Shown here piece after piece: positions 1 to 12,300 of a stretch of 64,000 nucleotides of DNA. The stretch spans positions 24,490,001 to 24,554,000 of the forward strand of contig JBHGNT010000003.1 of assembly GCA_043228905.1 (NCBI GenBank). Direction: 5' to 3'. The translations under genes were made by a program, and so were the position numbers. The DNA comes from Azolla caroliniana (lineage: Eukaryota > Plantae > Polypodiophyta). The notes under the pieces were generated by a model that was given only the letters and a program-made list of their open reading frames with translations, ran no database searches and was not told the origin of the DNA. Each line of letters begins with the position of its first letter. Position 1 is the first letter of the stretch.

Positions 1-450
1 TTTTCTTTGGATGGTCAAGCAAAGGTTACATGGGGTTTTACAGGCTCATTGTGTTCAAGATGTTTATGATGGTCCTCATGGGTTTTATGAGGTTCTTTTG
101 GTATCATGATAGCATAAAGAAAATTTATTCAATAACTTCCTAGTTTTTTATGAAAAAAGCTTGATTCATATTGTTCCTTGGAGGCCACTAGTGGAATACC
201 AAGATATATTGATGCAAGAGTGCGTTGTAGTGGTTTGGCCAACCTTATGATCAACAATGGAAAAGTTGGGAAAGATCTTGGTACCTCCTAATGCCAATGC
301 ACAAAATCGATATCAAACGTGTATTCTTTGGAATACAACGGCTAAGAGACCAAGTTGTTAGCAAATTGTCTTCTCTAGTATACCTCCTATGTATTTTAGG
401 CTTAAATGAGGTACATTTGTGAGACACTGTTTCTGTGGTGTGTTAGGGCA

Positions 451-3400
451 TTTTATTTTATTTTTTATTTTTTATTTTTATTTTTCCAAAAAAAACTCCT
501 TCCATTAGTTATAAATTTTTTAAAATGAGATGATTATGTACAAATCCCTGTAGGGACGTGATAGTTCCATCTTATGTGAATGCCCACTGACTCAAGAAAG
601 GGAGAGGACGACCATTGTTGGGTGAAGGCTATTCATTGTCTTTCAACTCCATCGAAGTTGCCCTTGAGGCCATCATATTGGCTCTTTAGAGTGGCTACAA
701 TTTCACTCCATATCTCTTGCAGTAACATTGTGGGATGCGCGGTTTGGTTGGAGAAGACCCGTCTACAACGTTGTTTCCATAGAATCCAAAGAGTTATTGG
801 GCTAACCAATTCCAACACAACTTGAGATTTGTCATTAAGAGGAGTTAATTGGACATTGTTGATGGTGGAGAAAAAAACCTCTTGTGCTTTTATCACCAAA
901 TTCATTCCCTCCTCCTGATGTTCGTATCTGCCAACTGGGGTCTGCCATGATAGCCAACATATATTTCCCCACTTGATTGAGCTTTGCACTTGGCATAATT
1001 GCAACAAGCAGCCAACCCCCCGCCATATTAGATGGGATGCTGGGCAGTCCCACAGAGCGTGTTGTATTGATTCTACTGCATTTGGACACTCTACACAATT
1101 AGGAGAGCTAAGGTTCCCACGTTGCCATGCTCCCACTGGTAGTGACTTATGTATTAATAGCCATTGGAATGTGGTAATTCGCCTCGTGTGTTGTTGTTTC
1201 CAGATTTTCGGCCAAAACTTGGTGATAATTGTGTGAGGAACTTGATATGTGTGCCAGACCTTTGCAATAGCCGGCTCTCTGGCAGTTTGAGGAACTAGGA
1301 TGTGGTGACCCAATCTAGTTGTGAATTGGAAGAAAGGGATGGGTTTGCTTCCTTGCTCCGTGTAAGGATCACGCCATGTCCATTGCAAAGGGTCCCAACT
1401 GACCTTACGTAGTCATGTGTTTTCATGAGTACATATGTGCCAATCGGGTTGTACTTTGATCGGATCAGGATCTACAATCCATTTATGACCAGTATACGTG
1501 AGTACTCAAATTGCGTTATTCTATGTTGGTGTCTTAGTGGCGCACAATTTAGAGCCTTCGATCCTGTTTGGTGATCCCCTACCTCTCGAGATCAAAGATC
1601 CCTCCTCCTCGCAGCCTATCCATTTCTCCATTGTCGTCCTATGAGTAGCTGCTTCCTTAATCAATAGAGTGTTATTGATTTCCAATCTCATAGTCCATCC
1701 GCCCCTGATGCCATGGAGTATGTTGGCTTGATCTTGTAGTGGCAGTGACATAAACCGTCTCCAACATTCGATACTTTTTCCCGGACCTTCTGCAATGTAT
1801 CCCCATGACAACCCCTTACTTGATCCAAGTAGTTGATTAGATTCATCCTTGATACATTGGTTCCATAGGATATGTTGACTGAGCCAAGCAGGTTCGAAAC
1901 TCGGTTGATCACACTTGAGCCCTCGTCTAATGTCACACCATGCCTTCCACATGGATGCACTTAATCTATCCTCCAATTGGTAGGAGAAACTAGGTTTGAG
2001 ATCCATGTTTAGAATCCATCCCCTTTGGGGGGCCCAATTAACCCCTTTTCTTGGCCTAAAGTAAGCAAAATGTAATTGCAATAGCTTTTTCCAATAGTCA
2101 TTTCCTGGTTGGAGTCCTCGCACCACAAAATTTGCAAGTAAGGCTTTTGATTGTGAGAGGGGATCAACCAAACCCAATCCCCCTCTCGACTTAGGTGTTG
2201 TGAGTATAGGCCATGCCACCTTAGCGCGAGTTACATGATCTTCCTCACCAAACCAAATGTAGTTGCGTACCAGTCGTTGAATATGATGTATATTGTCCTT
2301 GGAGATTGTCCAACATGATAGATTGTACCATGTTGTTGTGAGTAGTACCTGGTTTGCCACTATGATGCGACCCGCTAACGACAGTTTTTTTGAACTCCAA
2401 TGTATCAACTTTTGTCGAATGGAATGGATAACATGTGCAATCATAGTCTCCGGCGGTATGTTGAAACCAATTTGGAACCCCAAATATTTGGTGCTCGCTC
2501 CTTGATTGATCCATTTGAAATCGGGATGTGGGTACCACGCAGGATGCGTTGTCATAGTGTAAATCACACACTACGAGAAAATTGCATTTTTGGTGCCTCC
2601 GGATGAGAAGAAGCAGACCGGCAAGAGCCGGATGAAGAAGGCCGGTGAGAGTCGGTGAGAAACAGACGAAGAGGACCGATAAGGAGGACCCGGTTAGGAG
2701 AATCAGATGAAGGAGGAACCGACAAGGAGGACCCGGTAAGAACCGGATCAAGTAGAACTGGCAAGAGCCGAATAAAGAATGTTGGTGAGAGTCTCTCACC
2801 GGATGAAGAGACAAATTTGTAAATAGAAGAAAAGGTTGTTACATGCATAGGGCAAGATTCAAACCTTGTACCTCCACGTAAACAGACCCAAACCTTACCA
2901 TTGTACTAACTTATCCTAAGTGTTCTATATAGAATATAGATTTAATACGTATAAGACCTTTATTTATGCCTACCTTTATTAAAAGGTAAGTCATGCATTT
3001 TTAATGCGTGAATACTTTATTTATAAGAAAAATGTACACCAATAAAAAATTACTTGTGCACATTTAGTGTGCATGAACACTTTAGAAAAAGCATGAAGCT
3101 ATGCTTAGCCTCTTCCATCCTTATATAAGGAGGAGAGAAAGATGTATGAAGGGGTTGATTATTTTGTAAGGATTGACCAATATAATATATTCGTGGGATT
3201 CACGAATTTGTGATCTAAATTGTTTCTTACTATCTAAATATTGATTAAATATACTAAACTCGTGGGGATTCACGAGATTCATAACTTACCTATCTTTCTA
3301 CCTATTCATTACTAGCCTTATCTCATATTCTTCTTTCTCCTAGTCCAAAACCTCAGTGGTTCCCACCCGACTCACGCAACGATCCAGAGCCGAAAGGCAC

Positions 3401-4456
3401 GACAACGTTTCATGAGAAAGCCATATTGCACAGGATTTGTGCCAATTGATCATGGCATTGGATCTCTTGCAAAATACAACTAACCCACTTTTGAGCTTTT
3501 GTAGGTTTTCCAAGACCCCTTGCAGGTAGACCGTTGTGTCATCTGCAAATTCTATATCTAGGATGCTTTGATGAGAATGAGGCACGAGAAGACCACGTAG
3601 GTTGAGATGTCACGAGTTGAGAAAGCAAGAGAGTGCTTCGGCGTATAATAGAAATAATGATGGAGCTAATGGGTATCCATGTCGTACAGATCGGGATATT
3701 CGGAAAAAGGGGCCCCTTTCACCTACCAATGAAACGCAATGACTATCGTTCCTATAAAGTCCTGCAATGCCTTTGATCCATGTCTCTTGAAAGCTGAGTT
3801 TCCCCATCACACTTTCAAGAAAGTTCCAGCAAACCCTGTCATATGCTTTCTCAAAATCTAGTAGCACCACTACTACCTTGTTGGTGGTACGCTTGGCAAG
3901 GACTATTGCTTCCCAGAATGAGAAGAGGTTGTCTCAGATGCTCCGATTTCTAAGGAAACCTGTTTGGGATGGATGAATGAGTTGAGGGAGAAGAGGTGTT
4001 AACCGGCGTGCCACGATTTTTGCGAGCAACTTATAGACAGTATTGAGAAGAGTTATGGGCCGCCACTTGCTAATGTTGTTGACACTACCACCACTTTTAG
4101 GAATGAGATGTATCATCCCTTGTCCAAATTCCTCTGGCATGTTTCCAGATGTGATGATCTCCTCATATGCCTGGAGGAGGTCTTCTTTAATAGTGTCCCA
4201 AAGGCATGTGAAAAAGTGAGGGGTGAGGCCGTCGATTCCGGGACAACTATCTACATCTAAATCAGAGAGGGCCTCCCATATCTCGATGGTTGATAGGGGA
4301 CGCACAAGCCATGTATTCAATTCCGTCGTGACTTTCTTGGGTATGCTTTGGAGGATAATATCTTCTCTTATGTAATCCCCTGTGGCCATAGTACCTTCAG
4401 TAAGTAGGTGCTTATAGTAACCTGTGGCAATATTCCTCATTTCGTCGTCATCCTCA
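451..4456 (-). mobile_element. Decayed L1/Tx1-like LINE, ORF2 3' half (RT plus C-terminal zinc-binding region), interrupted by a solo LTR and cut at its 5' side by copia A
   Basis: Minus-strand ORF fragments carry RT motifs WRPITLLNTVYK, LDFEKAYDRV, GYPLAPSLF, FADDTT, KYLG, SLAGRIIVAN, GGLG and the zf-RVT-like CVEC..ESIQHALWDC. An A-rich tail lies at ~451-485 on the minus strand. There are many stops and frameshifts. Confidence 0.9.
2550..3404 (+). mobile_element. Solo LTR (~855 bp), probably Ty3/gypsy, inserted in the LINE
   Basis: Termini TGTCAT...ACGACA with a 4-bp TSD GCGT/ACGT (1 mismatch). Removing it restores LINE peptide WLSHETHPAWYPHPDF. TATA-like TATATAAG lies at ~3122. Orientation is inferred from TATA position; superfamily only from the 4-bp TSD. 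Confidence 0.75.
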
Positions 4457-5130
4457 TGTTAGGAAATAGGTCCCTCCGGATGGGAAGTGAGAAGAACAGT
4501 ACTAATAGGTCGAGGCCGAAACCGGATGGCGAGTACCCGGCTACGGAGAAACGGATGGTGCAGACCCGGTGAGAACCAGATGACGAGTACCCAGCTACGG
4601 AGAGCCGGATGGTGCCCGGTGAGAACCGGATGACGAGTACACGGCAAGTGCAGGATGATGCAGGCCCGGTGAGAACCGGATGAAGAGACATATTTGTAAA
4701 TATGTTTCTGAGAGTCCATCGTGGCTATATTTGTAAATAGCCGAAAAGTCATATTAGTATAAATATGACTTAGGGCAAACTTATGATGTGAGTTGTTGTC
4801 ATTCTTGTTGGCGCAAGATTAGAGCACGCAACTGTGTATAGAGAGAGTGAGAGAGAGGAAGAGGCCGTTGCCTCTTATTGTAACCGCCGCCTGTGGCGAA
4901 GATAGCAAGCTCGAGGTCGTGGCCTCGGTGCTTTCTTATTGTATATTCTGACATAGTGATAGTTTGCGGTCTGTGGGCTGCCGTGGTTTTTCCCGAGTTT
5001 GGGTTTTCCACGTAAACATCCTGTGTACTCTTCTCTCTATCGTATTGTGTTTCATTCCCTATTTTCTGTGTTTTATTCTAGGCTTGGTTGTGGCCGAGCG
5101 TTGTTAAAAGGGAGCGTGTAGTTCCCAGCA
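4457..5130 (+). repeat. 5' LTR of copia A
   Basis: TG...CA termini, followed by the PBS. U3 contains CCGGATG(A/G)-rich tandem units, TATA at ~4758 and a GA tract. Homologous to the LTRs at 8703, 13436 and 52642. Confidence 0.9.
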
Positions 5131-5160
5131 AAGTGGTATCAGAGCGAAACGACACAGAAA

Positions 5161-8100
5161 ATGGACGACTCGTTGGGAGGCATGTTCAAGTTCACCGGCT
5201 CCAACTATTCGGTGTGGAAGTCGAAGATGAGGGACATGCTCGTGGTTAAAGATCTTTGGTTGCCGATTCAGTTTGGGGACAAGAGACTGGACAAAATCGA
5301 CGCCACGATATGGGAGGTGATGCACATGAAGACAACGGCTTACATATGGTGCTTCATCGACATGAGCCTATACAACAACTCCAATGAAGAGAGCAAGGCT
5401 CATGAGCTCTGGGAGAAAATCGACATTATGTTTCAAAACAAAACTGTTGTTAACCAGGTTTCGGTATTCCGGAAGCTAGTAAGACTCCGGTACCAAGATG
5501 GCTCCAGCATGGCGGAGCACATGAATGCCTTCCAGGGGCTTATACACCAGACAACATCATTGGAAGTACCTCTCACCGATGAGGTACTAGCGCTACTCCT
5601 ACTCGGTTCCCTCCCGGATAGCTGGGAGACGTTGGTTGTCACTTTGGGCAACGCCGGGCCGGAAGGGAAACGGTTATCCCTAGCAAGAGTGAAGTCGAGC
5701 TTGCTAGATGAGGAGGCGCATCGGAAAGATAAGGATACGAGCTCCGACTCCAAAGCGCTCCTTACCGAATCGGAACGCGGAAGACAAAGGAACCGTAGCC
5801 CCCAGAACCGGGAAAAGTCGGGGACACGGTCAAACTCAAGGGGGAGGCCTACTTGCTTCTATTGCGGCAAGCCGGGACACTTCCAGAAGAACTGTCGGCA
5901 TTTCCGTAAAGACAAGGAAACCGACGGCACCGATTCGAAGCGGACACCAGACCGAAACGGTAAATACCAGAAGGGACCGGACCGGAAGGGAACGACGACA
6001 ATCGCAGCAAGTGAACAAGAATTGATGCTCATCACCGAGGAGAGTGAGATAAACCTTGCCGGCGACGAGATGACCTGGGTGGTCGACTCCGGAGCGTCGT
6101 TCCACCTTACCCTGGACCGGAAGTGCTTCTCATCCTACTCAGCCGGTGATCACGGCTATGTCCGGATGGGGAATGAAGGTACATGCCGAATTGTCGGCAT
6201 AGGAGACGTGTGGCTGACAACACCAACCGGATGCAAGCTGCTGCTGAAGGATGTCTGACACGTTCCGGAGGTTCGTCTGAACCTGATATCAATCGGTCGA
6301 CTAAATGATGAAGGCTACACGGGTAGCATCCAGAACGGTGTTATGAAGTTCAGCAAAGGGAGCCTGATTGTGGCTCGGGCCTGGAAGGTCAACACGTTGT
6401 ACCTGATGAATGCCTGGTTATGCCCGGAAGAAGTGAATGTGGCATCCGACATTGCCGGTGAGTTGTGGCACAAGACACTGTGTCACATGAGCGAGAAGGG
6501 GATGAAGAGGCTTGCATATGACAACCTCATTCCAATGAAGAACGTGCACGTGGAGAAGTGCACTGATTGTCTGGCCGGTAAACAAAACCGGACCTCCTTC
6601 CGATCGAGGCCACCGATGAGACGTAATGCACCACTAGAGTTGGTGCATACTGATGTATGTCAAGTGGATACGAAGTCACATGCCGGATCGCAGTACTTCA
6701 TGACGTTCATAGATGACCACAGCCGGAAGCTGTGGGCCACACCGTTGAAGACGAAGGATCGGGTGTTATCCGTCTTCAAAGAGCTCCACGCGAGAGTGGA
6801 AAGAGAAACCGGCCGGAAGCTGAATGCGGTTCGAGCAGATAACGGAGGTGAATACCGAGGGCAGTTCGAGGAGTACTATCGTTCGAAGGGAATCCGGCTC
6901 GAATTTACCGTGCCGAAGACGCCGAAACTAAACGGGTTGGCCAAGAGGATGAACTGGACCATAATGGAGAGGGTTTGGAGTATGCTGGCGCATGCAAAAC
7001 TACCCAAGAAGTTTTGGGTTGAGGCACTGTCGACGGCAACATATGTGATAAATAGATCACCCTCAATACCATTGGATGGAGACACGCCACAGAGAGTCTG
7101 GACCGGTAAGGAAGTGTCCTACCGGCATCTAAAGGTATTCGGGTGTCTCGCGTACGTGCATGTAGCTAAGGACCGGAGAGGAAAGTTAGATCCAAAGACC
7201 CGGCCATGCATATTCCTCAGTTACGGCGACGATGAGTTCGGCTACCGAGTGTGGAACCTGGTCAACAAGAAGGTATTCTGGAGTCGAGATATTATCTTCA
7301 TCGAGGACAAGACGCTCGCCGACTGGGAGTCAGAGAAGAAGATAAATCGACCGGTAAGGATCGATTCTATGATGAACAGACCCAACTAGCAAGAGACCGG
7401 TTAGCACTCGAGGAACCAGTCGGTTACGGTGAGGATACCGAACCGGCAGAAGAAGAAGTAGAGGAAGCTGAAACCCTAAACCCCGAATGGGATTCGGATG
7501 AAGAGCAAATGGAGGAGCCGGTTACCGAAGCCCAAAGACGGAGATATCCTCTCAGAGAGAGAAGGGCCCCCCGGAGATTTCCGGATGCAGAGCATGTGCT
7601 GCTAACCGATGAGGGGGAGCCAGAAAGCTTCGTAGAGGTGAAGGATGACACCCACAGCCGCAAATGGTTAAGTGCCATGCAAGATGAGATGGATTCCCTG
7701 CATGAGAACCATACGTATGAATTGGTGGAGTTGCCAAAAGGAAAGCGGGCACTCCGAAATAAGTGGGTGTACAAGTTGAAACCGGGAGATGCCGGCAACC
7801 CCCCGAGATACAAAGCCAGGATCGTGGTGAAGGGGTTCCAGCAAAAGAAGGGCATGGACTTCGACGAGATATTTGCCCCGGTAGTAAAGATGACCTCCAT
7901 CCGGACGGTGCTGAGTATAGCGGCAAGCATGGACCTCGAGGTAAAGCAGCTGGACGTGAAGACGACATTCCTTCACGGTGACCTCGAAGAGGAGATCTAC
8001 ATGCATCAACCGGAAGGATTCGTGGAGAAAGGGACGGAGCACCTGGTTTGCCGGTTGAAGAAGAGCCTCTACGGGTTGAAGTAGGCCCCCCGGCAATTGT

Positions 8101-8702
8101 ACCGAAAGTTCGACTCCTTCATGACCGATCAAGGGTACCACAAGACGCAGGCCGATCACTGCGTGTTTGTGAAGAAGTTCAAAGGAGGCGACTTCTTGAT
8201 ACTCCTTCTGTACGTGGACGACATGTTGATCGTCGGACGGGACCAAGCCAAAATACGGATGCTGAAGAAGGCTCTCAACCAGACCTTCTAAATGAAAGAC
8301 TTGGGTCCGGCAAGACAAATGTCAGGGATGCATATTATCCAGAACCGGTCAGTGAAGCAATTGTGGCTGTCACAGGAGAAGTACGTGACAAAGGTCCTTC
8401 ACCGGTTTAACATGACAGATGAGAAACCGGTCGGATCGACACTCCCGACAAACTGCAGATTATCCGGTAAGCAAAGCCCGAAGACGAAAGCAGAGAAGGC
8501 TGATATGATGAAGGTTCCATATGCCTCCGCCATCGGGAGCTTGATGTACGCAATGGTGTGTACCCGACCGGATATAGGCTACGCAGTCGGAGTGGTGAGC
8601 CGGTTTATGAGCAATCCCGGCAAGGAGCACTGGAACGCGGTCAAATGGATACTCCGGTACTTGAAGGGTACTTCAAATATGTGTCTCCGATTCGGTTCCG
8701 GA
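5161..8702 (+). pseudogene. Copia A gag-pol pseudogene
   Basis: ORF pieces 5161-6258, 6343-7389, 7251-8084, 8097-8291 and 8292-8702. Premature stops (TGA 6256, TAG ~8082, TAA ~8289) and a ~10-bp deletion frameshift near 7345 relative to element B. Confidence 0.9.
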
Positions 8703-9318
8703 TGTTGGGATTACGATCCCTTCGGATGGGATGGTCGGATGTCGGAGATGAATGCCGACGAGCCCGGTTTCGGTTTCGGATCCGGATGTTGAAGACCCCG
8801 GCTTCGGTGCCGGATGACGAATGTACCCGGAGAGCGATCCGGATGCAGGGACATATCCGTGAATATGTTCGCTATGGGCCCCTGAGGCTATAGTTGTAAA
8901 TAGCCCCAAAGTCATATATGTATAAATATGACTTAGGGCAAACAGTTTTCTTGTTGCTAATCATTTTTCTGTTTTTCCACTCAAGAGGAGTGAGGAGGGA
9001 GCAGCCGTGAGAGAGAGAGAGAGAGAGATAGAGCGTGAGAGAGGAAGAGGACGACGCCTCTTTGTATTTCCGCCTCCTGTGGCGAGGACAGCGAGCTCAA
9101 GGTCGTCGCCTTGCAGCTCGCCATTGTATACTTCTCTGTATAGTGTTGGTTTGGAGTCTTGTACTCCCGTGGTTTTTTCCCGTCTAGGGTTTTCCACGTT
9201 AATCCCTGTGTGTTCGCGTTTTGTTTCTCTTGGTGGTTCCTATTTTCTGCTCCATTGATTCGCGCTTACTCGGTTGTGGCCGAGTGGTGAAGGTGAATCG
9301 AAGCGTTGATTCCCAACA
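8703..9318 (+). repeat. 5' LTR of copia B
   Basis: Direct repeat of 13436-14046, TG...CA termini, followed by the PBS. Confidence 0.95.
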
Positions 9319-9348
9319 AACTGGTATCAGAGCGAACTGCTGCAGAAA

Positions 9349-12300
9349 ATGGAAGGCGGCGGCAGCGGGCAGCCGGGGATGATGGTGCTGAATGCGCAGA
9401 ATTACGCCGACTGGAAGATCAAGATGGAGGATCTTCTGATTGTTCGGGACCTGTACGAACCGATTGACAGGTCGAAAATACCGAAGGGGGTACTTGAGTC
9501 GGAATGGAGGCTTCTGAACCAGAAAGCCGTTGCAACCATTCGGCAATACGTCGACGTGAGCGTTCTACAACATGTGGCGAACGACACCAACGCATATGAG
9601 ATGTGGCGGAAGCTGTCGGGCCTCTACGAGAGGAAGAATGCGTTGAACCGGACCTCCCTGATGAGGAAGATAGTGAATCTCAAGTACCGGGACGGCGAGA
9701 GTATGGTGGAACACGTAAGCACGTTCATGGGATTCGTGAATCAGCTTGCGGCGATCAAGTTCCCGTTGGAGGATGCAATGCAAGCCATCATCCTAATGTG
9801 TACATTGCCGGAAAGCTGGGAGAACTTGGTGGTGACTCTCAGCACCTCCTGCACCGAAGACAACTTGTCCTTACAAACGGTAAAGACAAGTATTTTGAAC
9901 GAAGAAGCGCGTCGGAGAGACAAAGAACCGGCCTCCGACCCGAAGGCGCTGCTTACCGAATCGGATCGGGGAAGACAATGGAACCGGAGTCCGCAAAGAC
10001 GGGAGAAGTCGGGGACCCGGTCGCAGTCAAGAGGAAGGCCCACATGCTTCCACTGTGGGAAACCGGGGCACTTCCGAAAGAATTGTCGGCATTACCGAAA
10101 AGACAACGGAGCCGACGACACCGATTCGAAGAAGTCACCGGAGAGAAACGGTGCGTACCGGGGAGCCACGGACCGGAGAGGTTCGGATCGGCGAGGGCAG
10201 GACTGGAAAGGAACAACGGCACTCGCGGCAAGTGAGGAAGAAATCATGCTCATCACCGAAGAAGGTGAACTAAACGTTGCCGGCGATGAGACGACCTGGG
10301 TGGTCGATTCCGGAGCATCGTTCCACCTGACCCCGGAGAGAAGATACTTCTCATCCTACACAGCCGGTGAGCATGGCTGTGTTCGGATGGGAAATGAAGG
10401 TACGTGCCGGATTGCCGGCATAGGAGACGTGTGGTTGACAACCCCGACCGGATGCAAAATGCTGCTGAAGGATGTCCGACACGTTCCGGAGGTTCGATTG
10501 AACCTGATTTCGGCCGGGAGGCTAGACGATGAAGGCTACGCAGGTAGCATCCGGAACGGCGTAATGAAGTTCAGCAAGGGGAGCCTGATAGTGGCTCGGG
10601 CCCAGAAAGACAACACACTGTACCTGATGAATGCCCGGTTATGTCCGGAAGAACTGAATGTGGCAGCCGACACTGCCGGTGAGCTGTGGCACAAAAGACT
10701 GTGCCACATGAGTGAGAAGGGGATGAAGAGGCTTGCAAAAGACAACCTTATCCCAGTGAAGCATGTGCACCTGGAGAAGTGCACCGATTGCCTGGCCGGT
10801 AAGCAGAACCGAACCTCCTTCCACTCAAGGCCACCGACGAGACGTAGCGCACCATTGGAGTTGGTGCACACTGATGTGTGTCAGGTAGAAACGAAGTCAC
10901 ATGGCGGAGCCCAGTACTTCGTAACATTCATCGATGATCATAGCCGAAAACTGTGGACGGCACCGATGAAGACAAAGGACCAAGTGTTGTGCGTCTTCAA
11001 AGAACTCCACGCGAGAGTGGAAAGGGAATCCGGCAAGAAGCTGAAAGCGATACGAGCGGATAACGGAGGGGAATACCGGGGGCAGTTCGCGGAGTACTGT
11101 CGCTCGAAGGGAATCCGACTCGAGTTTACTGTGCCGAAGACGCCGGAACTGAACGGGCTGGCCGAGAGGATGAACCGGACCATAATGGAGAGGGTCCGGA
11201 GTATGCTGGCGCATGCGAAATTACCCAAGGGATTTTGGGCTGAGGCAATGTCGACAGCGACATATGTGATAAACAGATCACCCTCAGTACCTTTGGACGG
11301 AGACACGCCGCAGAGAGTGTGGACCGGTAGGGAAGTATCCTACCGGCATCTGAAGGTGTTCGGGTGTCTCGCATACGTGCATGTGGCAAAGGACCGGAGA
11401 GGAAAGCTAGATCCAAAGACCCGGCCATGCATATTCCTCGGTTACGGCGACGACGAGTTCGGCTACCGAGTATGGGACCCGGTCGACAAGAAGATATTCA
11501 GGAGTCGAGACATCATCTTCATGGAGGACGAGACCCTCGCCGACTCGGAGTCGGAGAAGAAGATGAAGAGCTCCAAGTCGACCGGTGAGGATCAACTCTA
11601 CGAGGAGCAGTCCCGACCGGCAAGGGACCGGTTAGCACTCGAGGATCCGGCCGAAGACGGTGAAGAAACAGAACCGGCCGAAGAAGATGAAAATGATACC
11701 GGAACCGGCCCCGATCCCGAAATGGATTCGGATGAAGAAGAAGAATCGGAAGAAACCGATTACCGAAGCTCCCGAACGGAGATATCCTCTAAGAGAGAGG
11801 AGGGCCCCCCGGAGATTTCCGGATCCAGAGCACGTGCTGCTAACCAATGAGGGGGAGCCGGAGAGCTTTGAAGAAGCAAAGCACGACACCCAGAGCCGCA
11901 GGTGGTTGAGTGCCATGCAGGACGAGATGGATTCCCTGCATGAGAACCACACATATGAACTTGTGGAGTTGCCGAAAGGAAAGCGGGCACTTCGAAACAA
12001 GTGGGTGTTCAAGCTGAAACCGGGAGATGCCGGAAACCCCCCGAGATACAAAGCCAGGATCGTGGTGAAGGGGTTTCAGCAGAAGAAGGGCGTCGACTTC
12101 GACGAGATATTTGCCCCGGTAGTGAAGATGACCTCCATCCGGACGGTGCTGAGCATAGCGGCAAGCATGGACCTCGAGGTAGAACAGATGGACGTGAAGA
12201 CGGCATTCATTCACGGTGACCTCGATGAAGAGATCTACATGCAGCAACCGGAAGGATTCGAGAAGAAAGGGAAGGAGCACCTGGTATGCCGGTTGAAGAA

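Larger units (their letters stand above)
4457..8702 (+). mobile_element. Ty1/copia LTR retrotransposon A, 3'-truncated (no RNase H or 3' LTR)
   Basis: 5' LTR 4457-5130 (TGTTAG...CCAGCA) and tRNA-Met PBS TGGTATCAGAGC 5134-5145. Domain order is Gag (CCHC CFYCGKPGHFQKNC), protease (VVDSGAS), integrase (HTDVC, DNGGEY), RT (YVDDML). It ends abruptly at LRFGSG where element B begins. Confidence 0.95.

Noticed and set aside
2550-3404. Retrozyme, suggested by the 4-bp TSD
   Set aside because: No internal direct repeats, PBS or CTGANGA/GAAA hammerhead core were found on either strand.
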